Numbered from the stretch's first letter, positions 40,869-51,317 are shown. The stretch is 64,000 nucleotides of DNA from an uncultured Burkholderiales bacterium (GCA_903871545.1 CAIQHG010000018.1:5163-69162); one strand, 5' to 3'. A program made the numbers and translations. Notes: generated from the sequence alone by a model not told the origin.

Positions 40869-42347
40869 TTGCTCAGTCATTACGAAACTTTAATCAACAT
40901 CATGGCTTTACCCGGCAAGAAACAACGAAACAAGATAAGCGGCGGACCTGGCGTTATTGGTTGGATGCGAGGATTTTTTAGCACTCCGCAGAAAGCTGCC
41001 AATTTAATGTCTTTTGAAATTGAGGAGCTGTCCCGCAAGTTCAAAATCACTGATGAAGCAAAACGTTTGGGTGCGATGGGATTGCCTGCCTTTCATGCAA
41101 AAGACCTCACAAGTGTTGAGTCTCAATTGGTACGGCATTTAAACGTAGAGCGTGATCAAATCTTAATTAATGCCCAAAACGAAATAGCCGAGCTGGACCG
41201 GGAATTAACAGAGAAAGAATATGAATACCAAAGCTATGTCACTCAAAGTTTGAGCGCTGAGTTTGAGCGCAAGGCCAGACAAATTATGGATAGCCAAGGA
41301 GCTTGGCTAAAAAAATTAGCTTCTAATGCAATCTCCAATATAAAAGAGCTTGAGATTTTTAGAGAAGAAAACGATCTAAAAAGACAAGCCAATTACCCTG
41401 AGAAAGCTCAAATATTTTTTCAATACTCCCTTCTCCTTGTACTAATTGTTATTGAGGGTGCTTTGAACTCCAGTTTTTTCTCTGAGGGATTAAGCACGGG
41501 ACTAATAGGCGGCTTTGTATTTGCCGCCTCACTGGCTTTGATCAACATAGCGAGTTGTTTTTTTCTGGGAAAAGTAGGATTGCGTTGGATAAACCATAGG
41601 AAGTCTTATGGGAAGACGATTGGATTTTTTAGTTTATTTGTTGCGATTTTATTTTTGAGTGGCATGGCTCTATCTATTGCACATATAAGGGAGGCAATGG
41701 CGCTTGGGATTGAGAGCCCAACCCGAGTTGCTTGGGAGATGATGCAAAGTGGCTTATGGAACTTCAAAGATATAACTTCCTGGTTTTTAATCATCCTCAC
41801 ACTTGGTTTTGGAATTGCAGCTTTAGTAGACGGCGTGTATATTGACGACATTTACCCTGGCTACGGTAATATATTTAGGCGTACTGAGTCTGCAAAAGAG
41901 GAGTTTGAATCCGAGTATGAGGACATACGTATCGAGCTTGAGGCGTTAAAACAAGAAAAATTAGATTTTGTGGATCAACAAGTCATCACTTGTAATGAGC
42001 TGTTGTTCTCAGTACAAAAATTAATGGATTTAAAACTATCCATTGTTAAAAAATATCAAGACAGACTTAACGACACCGAGGTGGTACTTTACGCAACTAT
42101 TAGAAAATTTAGATTTGAAAATGAAATCGTGAGAGAGGACGGTTTAATCCCTGCCTACTTTAATACGATGCCTTCTTTAAACCCCATAGCGTTGCCGAAA
42201 ATCGAGCAAGTCCGTGGCGTAACTTTAATCGCTAAGCTAAGCGAGTTAATTAAAAATCATGAAGTAACGATCTCTGCTCAAAGGGAAGAGGTTTACCAAA
42301 TTTTTGAGAAATTTGTATCACAACTAAACCATCTAAGGTACTACTAA
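40869..42347 (+). CDS. Hypothetical 4-TM protein with large N- and C-terminal coiled-coil domains
   Basis: Heptad-rich helical ends, four hydrophobic segments, D.YPGYG after TM4. Start may be ATG 40902. Confidence 0.8.
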   Translation: MLSHYETLINIMALPGKKQRNKISGGPGVIGWMRGFFSTPQKAANLMSFEIEELSRKFKITDEAKRLGAMGLPAFHAKDLTSVESQLVRHLNVERDQILINAQNEIAELDRELTEKEYEYQSYVTQSLSAEFERKARQIMDSQGAWLKKLASNAISNIKELEIFREENDLKRQANYPEKAQIFFQYSLLLVLIVIEGALNSSFFSEGLSTGLIGGFVFAASLALINIASCFFLGKVGLRWINHRKSYGKTIGFFSLFVAILFLSGMALSIAHIREAMALGIESPTRVAWEMMQSGLWNFKDITSWFLIILTLGFGIAALVDGVYIDDIYPGYGNIFRRTESAKEEFESEYEDIRIELEALKQEKLDFVDQQVITCNELLFSVQKLMDLKLSIVKKYQDRLNDTEVVLYATIRKFRFENEIVREDGLIPAYFNTMPSLNPIALPKIEQVRGVTLIAKLSELIKNHEVTISAQREEVYQIFEKFVSQLNHLRYY

Positions 42348-42354
42348 AACGAGT

Positions 42355-43158
42355 ATGAGACGCAAAAGTAAGATAGCTCAAAAAAGAGCGCTCACACACA
42401 CCTTACTAGGAGGAATGTTTATTTTGGCATTGGCCGCGGTGATTGGTGCTGTGATATGGTGGCAAGGTACACGCCCCAAACCTTTAAATGCAACCACGTT
42501 GTGCCCCGCTGAGGGCCCCCTTGGGCATCAAGTCTTATTAGTGGATCGGACTGACTCGTTTAATTTAGCTCAAAAAGCTGCGTTTGATAACTTAGCCAAA
42601 GAGTTGGTTGAGAACCTACCCGTAGGCTACATGTTGTCTGTTTTCGTTTTGGGGCACGATTTCAAATCCGAAACAAAACCCCTTATTGAGCTTTGTAACC
42701 CAGGTGATGGACGAGATAAAAGTGAATTAACCCAAAATATAAAAATTCTTAAGAATCAGTACACAAATGGTTTTATTCAGCCGCTTGAGAAAGTGACAAC
42801 AGATTTGCTGAATGCAGACGCCGCCAAAGAGTCCCCCATCTTAGAGATGATTCAGCTTGTTTACCTAAACTCTATCCAATCCCGTACAAAGGCTGGTCCT
42901 GTTACTCTTTTTATATTATCGGATTTAATGCAGTTTAGCCCAGCACTAGACATGTACAAATCGACTCCTAACTTTCAGCGATACGAAACCACTTACGCCG
43001 CCAAGAAACTGTGGGTTGATTTAGAAGGTGTCGATGTAAATGTCATTTTGCTGAACAATAATATTAAAAATCAAAGCCCTGCCTTTTTGGACTTTTGGAA
43101 TGACTACTTCAAGCGCGCGCGCGTCAAATCTTTGAACGTACAGAGCCTTCCTGGTTAA
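42355..43158 (+). CDS. Membrane-anchored vWA-like protein
   Basis: Basic N-terminus, one TM, LLVDRTDSF (MIDAS-like DxTxS), SPILEMI and ILSDLMQ. Confidence 0.7.
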   Translation: MRRKSKIAQKRALTHTLLGGMFILALAAVIGAVIWWQGTRPKPLNATTLCPAEGPLGHQVLLVDRTDSFNLAQKAAFDNLAKELVENLPVGYMLSVFVLGHDFKSETKPLIELCNPGDGRDKSELTQNIKILKNQYTNGFIQPLEKVTTDLLNADAAKESPILEMIQLVYLNSIQSRTKAGPVTLFILSDLMQFSPALDMYKSTPNFQRYETTYAAKKLWVDLEGVDVNVILLNNNIKNQSPAFLDFWNDYFKRARVKSLNVQSLPG

Positions 43159-43221
43159 ATCTTTTATAACAATCCTCGCGTAGCGGCGACACGCCAATCT
43201 GATTTTGAAAGGAATCTTTAA

Positions 43222-43833
43222 ATGCATCCAGTCCACTACCACGTGATTAGTGTCGATTTGGCTAAAATAAGGCCCACCCAAGTATCCATTGGATATGAGG
43301 AGGTGATTAAAAAAAGATCAGAATGGCGTAAGTTATCTAAAAAAGATAGAAAAGCCTTACTGAGCAGCCATTGGTTTCCAAGCATTATTGGCCCAAAGGG
43401 GGAGCACTTCATCGTAGACCACCACCATCTGGGTCTGGCTTTGCATTTGGAGGAACAAAGCACTGTTAAATTGACTGTTCTAAAAGATTTTTCAATGCTT
43501 AACAGTGAAACTTTTTGGCGGGTCATGGAGTTTCATCAATGGGTACACCCCTATGATGAGAGTGGAAATAGAGTCCCTTTTTCAAAAATACCAGTCAACG
43601 TTTCTCAACTTCGAGATGATCCTTACCGCAGCTTGGCAGGACTTGCTAGAGATCACGGCGCTTTTGCCAAAGATCTAACCCCCTACAGTGAATTTTTGTG
43701 GGCTGATTTTTTTAGAACAAGAATACAAAAGAAGCTTCTCAAAAAATGGGACCTGGCGATAGAAAAGGCTCTTTTGTGTGCAAAAACTCCGCAGGCCAGT
43801 TATTTACCTGGCTGGACGCAATCTAAGAGCTAA
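43222..43833 (+). CDS. ParB/Srx-fold protein (ParBc_2-like), no HTH
   Basis: IRPTQVSIG, IGPKGEHFIVDHHHL, DDPYRSLAG and FSEF/YSEF-type WADFFR motifs. Confidence 0.8.
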   Translation: MHPVHYHVISVDLAKIRPTQVSIGYEEVIKKRSEWRKLSKKDRKALLSSHWFPSIIGPKGEHFIVDHHHLGLALHLEEQSTVKLTVLKDFSMLNSETFWRVMEFHQWVHPYDESGNRVPFSKIPVNVSQLRDDPYRSLAGLARDHGAFAKDLTPYSEFLWADFFRTRIQKKLLKKWDLAIEKALLCAKTPQASYLPGWTQSKS

Positions 43834-43981
43834 TCGAATTAATTGATTTTTCAAACTCTTAATATTCCACCGAAAAACCATAAGCCACATCACTAAATTC
43901 TTATTTGTGATGGAAGAAATACAAACACTTATTGACTGTTTTGGTGCATACTAGCATATTAGGATCTCCAGACTAACGCAC

Positions 43982-46060
43982 ATGCCCAATGACTTATCTT
44001 TAACCGCAGAGCGCACAATTGAGTTAATTGATCGGGACCTTAGTTTCTTAGCTTTTAACAGACGGGTGCTATCTTTGTCGCAGCAAAGCTCAATTCCTTT
44101 GCTTGAACGACTGCGCTATTTATGCATTGTGTCGTCTAACTTGGATGAGTTCTTTGAGGTGCGAGCGTCTTTGCATTTGAGTGCGTCCAAAAGCGATGTT
44201 CAAAACTTTCAATATTCAAGCGAAAGTTATATCAATCTTAGCCTTGCTGCACACGAGCTAGTTGCAGATCAATACCGAATCTACAACGAAAACTTGATCC
44301 CAGCATTTGCTAAAAAGGGAATACACATATTGGGTTATAACGAGCGAGACGCCGAGCAAACCGCTTGGGTAAAACGTTACTTTGATCAAGAAGTGCGTCC
44401 GTTATTAATTCCAGTGGGACTTGACCCCGCCCATCCTTTTCCTCAAGTGGCTAATAAATCCTTAAACTTTATTGTTCGTTTAAAGGGCAAGGACGCACTT
44501 GGACGGCAAAATGAAATTGCCATCGTTAAAGTACCTCGAGTTTTGCCTCGTTTGGTCAAGTTGCCCCCCAAAGTTTCCAAGAATCAGACATTGCTGATCT
44601 CCTTGTCCAGCATCATTCGAGCTCACCTTAAAGACCTCTTTGAAGGTCGCGAAGTGGTTCACTTCTCTCAGTTCAGGGTCACTAGAAATTCGGACCTCTC
44701 TGTGGACGAGGAGGATGTGAGGAATCTTCGCACCGCACTCAGACAAAGCCTGGAACACCGGCACTACGGGGAAGCCGTGCGCCTTGAGGTCTCTGCCGGA
44801 TGTACCGAGTATTTGTCTGATTTTCTTTTACGGGAGTTTGATCTCCCCAGGGAAGCTTTGTACCCAGTTTCCGGCCCCGTTAATTTAGTCAGGCTAAACC
44901 AAGCGATTGACTTAGTTGCTAACCCTGCATTGCTCTTTAAGCCCTACTCAGCTTCATTTCCTTTGCAACTCAACCCAAGCGCATCCATTTTTGATCAAGT
45001 CTCAAAAGGGGATGTCCTATTTCATCAACCCTTTGAGAGCTTTGACGGGGTGTTGGCTTTTTTGAGGGAGGCTGTAAACGATCCCAACGTGCTCGCTATC
45101 AAACAAACAATTTACAGAACTGGATCTAACTCTGAGTTGATGGATTTGCTCAGACAAGCGGTTATCAAAGGTAAGGAAGTCACCGCTGTGGTTGAACTCA
45201 AGGCCCGGTTTGACGAAGAGGCCAATATAAACTGGGCCGACCGTTTGGAGCAGATCGGTGCTCAGGTGGTTTACGGTGTGGTTGGACTTAAGACCCACGG
45301 TAAGATGCTTCTGATCACCCGAAGAGAGGGTAAATATCTCAGGCATTACGCACACCTGTCTACTGGTAATTACAACCCAATGACTGCAAAGCTTTATACA
45401 GATATCAGTTTCTTAACCAAAGATCCAGCAATTACCGCAGATGTGGAGAACATCTTTATTCACCTCGCAAGTCAAAGCACTTTGCCAAAGCTTAAAACGA
45501 TTTGGCTTGCACCTTTTGAGTTACAAAATAAACTAATTGCGATCATTGACCGGGTTGCCAAAGGTGTCAAGGCAGGGGTTGAGGGCAGGATCGTACTTAA
45601 AATGAACTCTCTAACGGATGAGCGCCTGGCCTACGCTTTAATACAAGCGGCTAGGTGGGGGGTGCGAATTGACCTTATCGTTCGAGGGGCCTGTATTTTG
45701 CCCGCCCAAGTTCCGGGTGTTTCCGAGCGGATTAAAGTTCGTTCCATTGTGGGGCGCTTTCTTGAGCATACCAGAGTCTTTTATTTTAGAACCGGTGAGG
45801 AGGAAAGTCTTTTCTTATCCAGCGCCGATTGGATGAACCGCAATATGCTCAGGCGCATCGAGTTGGTGTGGCCCGTCAAGGACGAGAAACTCAAGCGCCG
45901 GGTGATAGATGAGTGTTTGGTCGCCTATTTGTTAGACACCAAAGATGCCTGGGAGTTAGGAGCAAATGGTGAGTACACCCAAGTGATTGCGAAGGCAACA
46001 GAACCCGCATTAAGCGCTCAACAAGCCTTAATGGGGCGCTACGCTGCGAGGAGCATCTAG
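43982..46060 (+). CDS. ppk1: Polyphosphate kinase 1
   Basis: RDLSFLAFNRRV, SSNLDEFFEVR, HQPFESF, ELKARFDEEANI, KTHGK and GRFLEH motifs. Confidence 0.99.
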   Translation: MPNDLSLTAERTIELIDRDLSFLAFNRRVLSLSQQSSIPLLERLRYLCIVSSNLDEFFEVRASLHLSASKSDVQNFQYSSESYINLSLAAHELVADQYRIYNENLIPAFAKKGIHILGYNERDAEQTAWVKRYFDQEVRPLLIPVGLDPAHPFPQVANKSLNFIVRLKGKDALGRQNEIAIVKVPRVLPRLVKLPPKVSKNQTLLISLSSIIRAHLKDLFEGREVVHFSQFRVTRNSDLSVDEEDVRNLRTALRQSLEHRHYGEAVRLEVSAGCTEYLSDFLLREFDLPREALYPVSGPVNLVRLNQAIDLVANPALLFKPYSASFPLQLNPSASIFDQVSKGDVLFHQPFESFDGVLAFLREAVNDPNVLAIKQTIYRTGSNSELMDLLRQAVIKGKEVTAVVELKARFDEEANINWADRLEQIGAQVVYGVVGLKTHGKMLLITRREGKYLRHYAHLSTGNYNPMTAKLYTDISFLTKDPAITADVENIFIHLASQSTLPKLKTIWLAPFELQNKLIAIIDRVAKGVKAGVEGRIVLKMNSLTDERLAYALIQAARWGVRIDLIVRGACILPAQVPGVSERIKVRSIVGRFLEHTRVFYFRTGEEESLFLSSADWMNRNMLRRIELVWPVKDEKLKRRVIDECLVAYLLDTKDAWELGANGEYTQVIAKATEPALSAQQALMGRYAARSI

Positions 46061-46522
46061 ATGGATCTTATTTTATGGAGACACGCTGAAGCCTTTGAAG
46101 CCGAGGGGGGCGAAGACGATATGACCCGTTCTTTGACGCCTCGGGGGGAGCGGCAAGCCACGAGAATGGCCCACTGGTTGGACCGTCAACTCCCAGAGGG
46201 AGTGAGGATTTTGTGTAGTCCAGCAAAAAGGGCAGAGCAAACCGTAACCGCATTGGGTAGAAAGTACAAAATTAGAGACGAACTCTCCCCTCAAAGTCAG
46301 CCAGATCAAGTGCTCGAGCTGGCTCAGTGGCCCAACAATAAGAATTCAGTTTTGATTGTTGGACATCAACCTTTTTTAGGTCAAACCATTGCAAGGTTAC
46401 TGGGGCTCCCCGCAGGAGAGTGCTCCGTTCGCAAAGGTGCAGTCTGGTGGCTCAGGGCGCGACAAAAAGATGAGGAACTTCAAACGGTACTTATCTCTGT
46501 GCAAGCGGCAGAGATGCTTTGA
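46061..46522 (+). CDS. sixA: Phosphohistidine phosphatase SixA
   Basis: LWRHAEA, RSLTPRG, SPAKRA and VGHQP motifs. Confidence 0.93.
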   Translation: MDLILWRHAEAFEAEGGEDDMTRSLTPRGERQATRMAHWLDRQLPEGVRILCSPAKRAEQTVTALGRKYKIRDELSPQSQPDQVLELAQWPNNKNSVLIVGHQPFLGQTIARLLGLPAGECSVRKGAVWWLRARQKDEELQTVLISVQAAEML

Positions 46523-46541
46523 AAAACAAGCCGGCTCCAAC

Positions 46542-48044
46542 TCAAGAGGTAATTTCAAGCTCAAAAGTCCAAGTGGTCTTTTGCCAAGCCGTGATTTCCT
46601 CTTTAAGTAGGTGCGTTGATTGAGGGTATTTTTCGCTCCAATCTTTATTGATTGAGAGTTTAAAAATCCGGTTGATCTCACTGACCAAGCTAAGTTTGAG
46701 AGATTCAAAAAGAGGGTCTCTTTTGGCATGGCACAAAATCACTGCTAAGCGCAGCGACAGCAACTGTTTGATAAGGCCTGTGTTGTTAAAGTCAGCCTCT
46801 AATTTACGCAGTTTACCTCTGTGACCCAATATAAGTAAAGACAGTCTGTGCAGCTCAGAGGCTGCGAACCCGGGGGCATCCGTATTGTCTAAAAAGTAAG
46901 CGCCGTGTTTGTGGTAATCGCTATGGGATATAAGCGTTCCGATCTCGTGCAAGCTACTTGCCCATTCTAGTTTTTGTTTGAGTTTGTTGGCGTCTCCAGA
47001 CTTTGAGTCATCAATCAATTGGTTTACAAAAAACTGCGCCACCTTATTGACCCTAGAGGCTTGAGCGGTGTCTAAGTCAGCAACACTGCTGAGCCTTGAG
47101 ACAGTTGATCCGCGTATATCAGTGGCAAAGTCGGCTCGGTCAAGCATGTCATACATCACCCCGTGTCGAAGCGCTCCTTGGGCCAGGTGGAGCTCATCTA
47201 TTTCAAGTAAATCAAAGAGTGCGCTAAGCACACTGATACCGCCGCCAATGACGACTTTCCTGTCCTCTTTGAGCCCATCAAGCTTAAGTTTCTCACTAAA
47301 TTGGGCTCTTATCATTGAGCGCTTAAGCCAGTTGAGGCTATCTCTATTGATCACGGAGGCAGACCAGCCCGCATGGCCTAAAATATCCGCCACAGCCCCC
47401 ACAGTTCCTGAGGAACCATAAGCAACGTCCCATTCATGGCGGGGGTACCTGGAAAGAGCCTCGTCTAAGATTGCTTTTGCAGCAACTTCTGCAGTTTTAA
47501 AGGCCTGGGTGGAGTACTCACCCTCAGGAAAATACTTGATGCTCCAGGCTACGCTACCTACTCGGTAGGACTCTAAGATCTTTGCATCCAGGCCTGTACC
47601 GATGATCAGCTCAGTCGAGCGCCCGCCAATATCAATCACAAGTCGTCTGTCAGCGTTATTGGGCAGTAAGTGGGACACGCCAAGGTAAATAAGGCGAGCC
47701 TCCTCGCGCCCAGAAATAACTTCAATTGGGAAACCAAAAACTTTTTGAGCCGTTTCTAAAAAAAATTCCCTATTTCTCGCCTCTCTAAGAGTTTGTGTTG
47801 CAACGGCTCGAACTTGTGTTTTTTTGAACCCAGAGAGTCTTTCTGCAAACCTCCCCAAGCAATCCCAGCCCTTTTGCATGGCCTCCATCGTTAAATTTCG
47901 GTCCTCATCCAGGCCATTACCCTGTCGAACGGTCTCTTTTATATACTCGTTTCGGGTGATCTGACCATGGTCAAAAAGACCGATTTCAAGCCTAAAACTA
48001 TTGCTGCCCAGATCGATTCCGGCTAATTGAGTGCCATTTTGCAT
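46542..48044 (-). CDS. ppx: Exopolyphosphatase Ppx/GppA
   Basis: IDLGSNSFRL, ATQTLREARN, DIGGRSTE, GALRHG and HD-like LHEIG motifs. Confidence 0.97.
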   Translation of the reverse strand: MQNGTQLAGIDLGSNSFRLEIGLFDHGQITRNEYIKETVRQGNGLDEDRNLTMEAMQKGWDCLGRFAERLSGFKKTQVRAVATQTLREARNREFFLETAQKVFGFPIEVISGREEARLIYLGVSHLLPNNADRRLVIDIGGRSTELIIGTGLDAKILESYRVGSVAWSIKYFPEGEYSTQAFKTAEVAAKAILDEALSRYPRHEWDVAYGSSGTVGAVADILGHAGWSASVINRDSLNWLKRSMIRAQFSEKLKLDGLKEDRKVVIGGGISVLSALFDLLEIDELHLAQGALRHGVMYDMLDRADFATDIRGSTVSRLSSVADLDTAQASRVNKVAQFFVNQLIDDSKSGDANKLKQKLEWASSLHEIGTLISHSDYHKHGAYFLDNTDAPGFAASELHRLSLLILGHRGKLRKLEADFNNTGLIKQLLSLRLAVILCHAKRDPLFESLKLSLVSEINRIFKLSINKDWSEKYPQSTHLLKEEITAWQKTTWTFELEITS

Positions 48045-48053
48045 AGGAATGAA

Positions 48054-48087
48054 ATCTTAAGTGTTGTTTATGACAAAACGGTGAAAT
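48054..48087 (-). promoter_or_regulatory. Pho box and -10 element of ppx
   Basis: Minus strand reads TTTCACcgttTTGTCAT (half-sites 11 bp apart), then 10 nt, then TAAGAT. Confidence 0.65.
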
Positions 48088-48123
48088 TTTTTAAAATATG
48101 ACAAAATAATGTCAATTATTTGA

Positions 48124-48157
48124 AGGTCACGAAATTGTCATTTTATGGATTTACAGT
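48124..48157 (+). promoter_or_regulatory. Pho box and -10 element of pstS
   Basis: aGGTCACgaaaTTGTCAT (GTCAC 48126 and GTCAT 48137, 11 bp apart), then 10 nt, then TACAGT. Confidence 0.75.
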
Positions 48158-48233
48158 AAGAGCCTTGTAGGAGTTTACCAATACTTGGATAAAACTTCCA
48201 AACAGCATCCCAATTCAACTAAGGACCTATTTC

Positions 48234-49277
48234 ATGATAAATCGTTTCGCATTAAAAATAGTTGCAGCCGCAGCCATGAGCTTATCTGTTTGTGCTTTTG
48301 CTCAACAAGTAACGGGCGCTGGAGCAAGTTTTCCAGCCGACATCTACTTTAAATGGGCCAGCGATTACAACAAAGAAACTGGTGTAAAAATCAACTATCA
48401 ATCCATTGGCTCTGGCGCTGGTTTGAACCAAATTGATGCTAAAACCATTGATTTTGGTGCGTCTGACATGCCCCGTACAGACGAAGACCTAGCTAAGAAA
48501 GGTCAAATACAGTTCCCAACCGTCATTGGCGGCGTTGTGCCCGTTATCAACGTTGCTGGTGTAAGTCCAGGCCAGTTGCGCTTATCCGGCGAAGTGCTTG
48601 CTAATATCTATTTGGGTAAAGTAGGAAAGTGGAATGACCCAGCAATTAAAGCTTTAAATCCAACACTCAACTTGCCAGACGCAGAGATCACTTCAATTCG
48701 TCGTTCAGACGGCTCTGGAACGTCTTTCCTTTTTACTGATTATCTAAGCAAGGTTAGCGCTGAGTGGAAAGAAAAAGTGGGTGCAAGTACAGCCGTTAAC
48801 TGGCCTAACATTGCAAACGCCGCTGCCGGTAAGGGCAACGACGGTGTAGCCAAATACGTGAACAGCCTACCCAACTCAATTGGTTACGTAGAGTACGTGT
48901 ACGTTAAGAAAAACAAGATGAATTACGCTAGCCTTAAAAACGCAGCCGGTAACTTTATCGAGCCCAGCGAGGCTGCCTTTAAGTCTGCCGCATCGGGTGC
49001 AAACTGGGCTAAGTCTTTCTATCAAATTTTGACCAATCAAAATGAAAAAGAAGCGTGGCCAATTACAGGTGCAACATTCATCATCATGCACAAAACTCAA
49101 GAAAAGCCAGAAGTTGCTTCTCAGGTCTTAAAATTCTTTGACTGGGCTTACAAAACAGGTGATAAAAGCGCAGATTCACTCGACTTTGTTGTGATGCCGA
49201 ATGCCGTGAAGGACGAAATTCGTCATGCATGGGGTCAGATCAAAGATGAATCAGGCAAGCCCATCTCTTTTAAATAA
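48234..49277 (+). CDS. pstS: Phosphate ABC transporter substrate-binding protein
   Basis: GAGASFP, YQSIGSGAG, FGASD and RSDGSGT motifs; first gene of the pst operon. Confidence 0.98.
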   Translation: MINRFALKIVAAAAMSLSVCAFAQQVTGAGASFPADIYFKWASDYNKETGVKINYQSIGSGAGLNQIDAKTIDFGASDMPRTDEDLAKKGQIQFPTVIGGVVPVINVAGVSPGQLRLSGEVLANIYLGKVGKWNDPAIKALNPTLNLPDAEITSIRRSDGSGTSFLFTDYLSKVSAEWKEKVGASTAVNWPNIANAAAGKGNDGVAKYVNSLPNSIGYVEYVYVKKNKMNYASLKNAAGNFIEPSEAAFKSAASGANWAKSFYQILTNQNEKEAWPITGATFIIMHKTQEKPEVASQVLKFFDWAYKTGDKSADSLDFVVMPNAVKDEIRHAWGQIKDESGKPISFK

Positions 49278-49317
49278 AAAACTTATCATTTGTTGACCAT
49301 TTCGGTCATCATCCAAG

Positions 49318-49339
49318 GAGGCTTATACCCATAAGCCTC
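49318..49339 (+). other. Perfect stem-loop between pstS and pstC (likely mRNA stabiliser)
   Basis: GAGGCTTAT-ACCC-ATAAGCCTC with no U tract. Confidence 0.6.
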
Positions 49340-49373
49340 AATTAAAGTAGCTTTAATCAGGGGAGTCCATCTT

Positions 49374-50414
49374 TTGTCTATTTCATCTCTTGCTGCGCAA
49401 AAGAACTCTTCTGACTCGGCGAATTACTCTCAATCTAAAGATCGCACCATGGACGTTCCACCATCACCAAGAGGCACCAGGTACGCAAGCTTAGTAGACC
49501 AGGTATTTGGTTTTCTAGCACTGCTGTCGGTTTGCTTCACATTGCTTGTTCTTTTCGGAATTCTTTTCTCCCTTGTAGTCGGCGCTTGGCCAGCAATTGA
49601 TCACTTTGGCCTGGGTTTTTTAACCAGCACGCTTTGGGATCCCGTTAAGCAGGAATTTGGTGGCCTCGTAATGATTTACGGCACTATTGCAACTTCAATC
49701 ATTGCCTTAGGAGTCGCGGTGCCCGTGAGTTTTGGAATAGCGATTTTTCTAACTGAGCTGTCCCCAAGCTGGCTTAAACGTCCTCTTGGAACTGCCATAG
49801 AACTTTTGGCTGCTATTCCCTCTATTGTTTACGGTATGTGGGGCTTGCTTGTTTTTAGCCCTCTGTTGGCTACATATGTTCAGTTGCCGATGCAAAAATT
49901 ATTAAAGGGCATCCCTTTGCTTGGACCATTGGTGAGTGGGCCCCCAGTGGGTATCGGTATTTTGTCTGCTGGAATTATTCTCGCCATCATGATTATCCCT
50001 TTCATTTCTTCAGTAATGAGAGATGTGTTTGAAGTAACGCCGCCTCTTTTGAAGGAGTCTGCATACGGTTTGGGTGCAACGACATGGGAAGTCATCAGTA
50101 AGGTTGTGTTGCCCTACACAAAGGCAGGTGTTGTGGGCGGGGTGATGCTTGGTTTAGGGCGGGCGCTTGGTGAGACGATGGCAGTTACTTTTGTGATCGG
50201 TAACATCAATCAGCTGAGCTCAATGAGTCTTTTTTCTGCGGCAAATAGCATTACCTCCGTTTTGGCAAGTGAATTTGCTGAAGCTTCCGAGGGCTTGCAC
50301 AAGGCCTCATTGATTTATTTGGGACTCGTTTTATTCTTCATCACCTTTGTTGTACTCTCACTATCAAAAGTGATGTTGGCACAGCTTCGTAAAAGTGAGG
50401 GCACAAAATCATGA
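49374..50414 (+). CDS. pstC: Phosphate ABC transporter permease PstC
   Basis: [15 protein letters not shown] and [13 protein letters not shown] motifs; TTG start with SD GGGAG. Confidence 0.98.
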   Translation: MSISSLAAQKNSSDSANYSQSKDRTMDVPPSPRGTRYASLVDQVFGFLALLSVCFTLLVLFGILFSLVVGAWPAIDHFGLGFLTSTLWDPVKQEFGGLVMIYGTIATSIIALGVAVPVSFGIAIFLTELSPSWLKRPLGTAIELLAAIPSIVYGMWGLLVFSPLLATYVQLPMQKLLKGIPLLGPLVSGPPVGIGILSAGIILAIMIIPFISSVMRDVFEVTPPLLKESAYGLGATTWEVISKVVLPYTKAGVVGGVMLGLGRALGETMAVTFVIGNINQLSSMSLFSAANSITSVLASEFAEASEGLHKASLIYLGLVLFFITFVVLSLSKVMLAQLRKSEGTKS

Positions 50415-51283
50415 CCCACAAAGATATGTTAAAAGATCCAAAGTATCAAAAATTTCTAGCCCGCAACAGAGTCAACAAGGTTGCGTTGGTCTTATCAGTC
50501 CTAGCAATGGGTTTTGGCTTGTTGTGGTTGGTTTGGATTTTGTACGAAACACTGGTGCTGGGCATAGGCGGGCTAAGTTTTGCAACACTCACTCAAGATA
50601 CGCCCAACCCAGGAGAGGAAGGCGGGGGACTGGCAAATGCAATCTTTGGTTCTTTTTTGATGGTATCAATTGCCACGATCATTGGCACTCCGATCGGTAT
50701 TATGGCAGGCATCTATTTGGCCGAGTACAACCCTAAAGGGGTCTTGTCTGTTGTTACACGCTTTGTAAATGATATTTTGTTATCAGCGCCCTCAATTGTG
50801 ATTGGTCTATTTGTTTATAACATGCTCTTATTTGCGCACTTCAAAGCCTTCTCAGGCTGGGCCGGCTCGATTGCTCTTGCATTGATTGTGATCCCTGTTG
50901 TGATCAGAACAACCGAGAATATGTTGTCCTTGGTGCCACCGGGTTTAAGGGAGGCTGCATACGCCCTTGGAACGCCCAAGTGGAAGGTGATCATCAGCAT
51001 TACACTTCGCTCGGCGCAGGCAGGTGTCGTAACCGGCGTCTTGCTCGCAGTCGCTCGTATCTCTGGTGAGACAGCGCCTTTGTTGTTGACAGCTTTGAGC
51101 AATCAATTTTGGTCAACCGATCTCAGCTCACCCATGGCCAGTTTACCCGTCACTATTTTCAAATTTGCGATGAGTCCCCATGAAAATTGGCAGCAACTTG
51201 CGTGGGCAGGCGTCTTTTTAATCACCGTTGCCGTGTTGGGTTTAAACATTTTGGCGCGTTCAATCACCGGTCAAAAAAGTTAA
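50411..51283 (+). CDS. pstA: Phosphate ABC transporter permease PstA
   Basis: [20 protein letters not shown] and [11 protein letters not shown] motifs. Confidence 0.98.
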   Translation: MTHKDMLKDPKYQKFLARNRVNKVALVLSVLAMGFGLLWLVWILYETLVLGIGGLSFATLTQDTPNPGEEGGGLANAIFGSFLMVSIATIIGTPIGIMAGIYLAEYNPKGVLSVVTRFVNDILLSAPSIVIGLFVYNMLLFAHFKAFSGWAGSIALALIVIPVVIRTTENMLSLVPPGLREAAYALGTPKWKVIISITLRSAQAGVVTGVLLAVARISGETAPLLLTALSNQFWSTDLSSPMASLPVTIFKFAMSPHENWQQLAWAGVFLITVAVLGLNILARSITGQKS

Positions 51284-51317
51284 AAATAAAAGCCGAAATT
51301 ATTAAAGGAAATTAGTC

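Noticed and set aside
43222-43833. ParB-like gene as a chromosome or plasmid partition locus
   Set aside because: No parA, no HTH domain and no parS palindrome seen.
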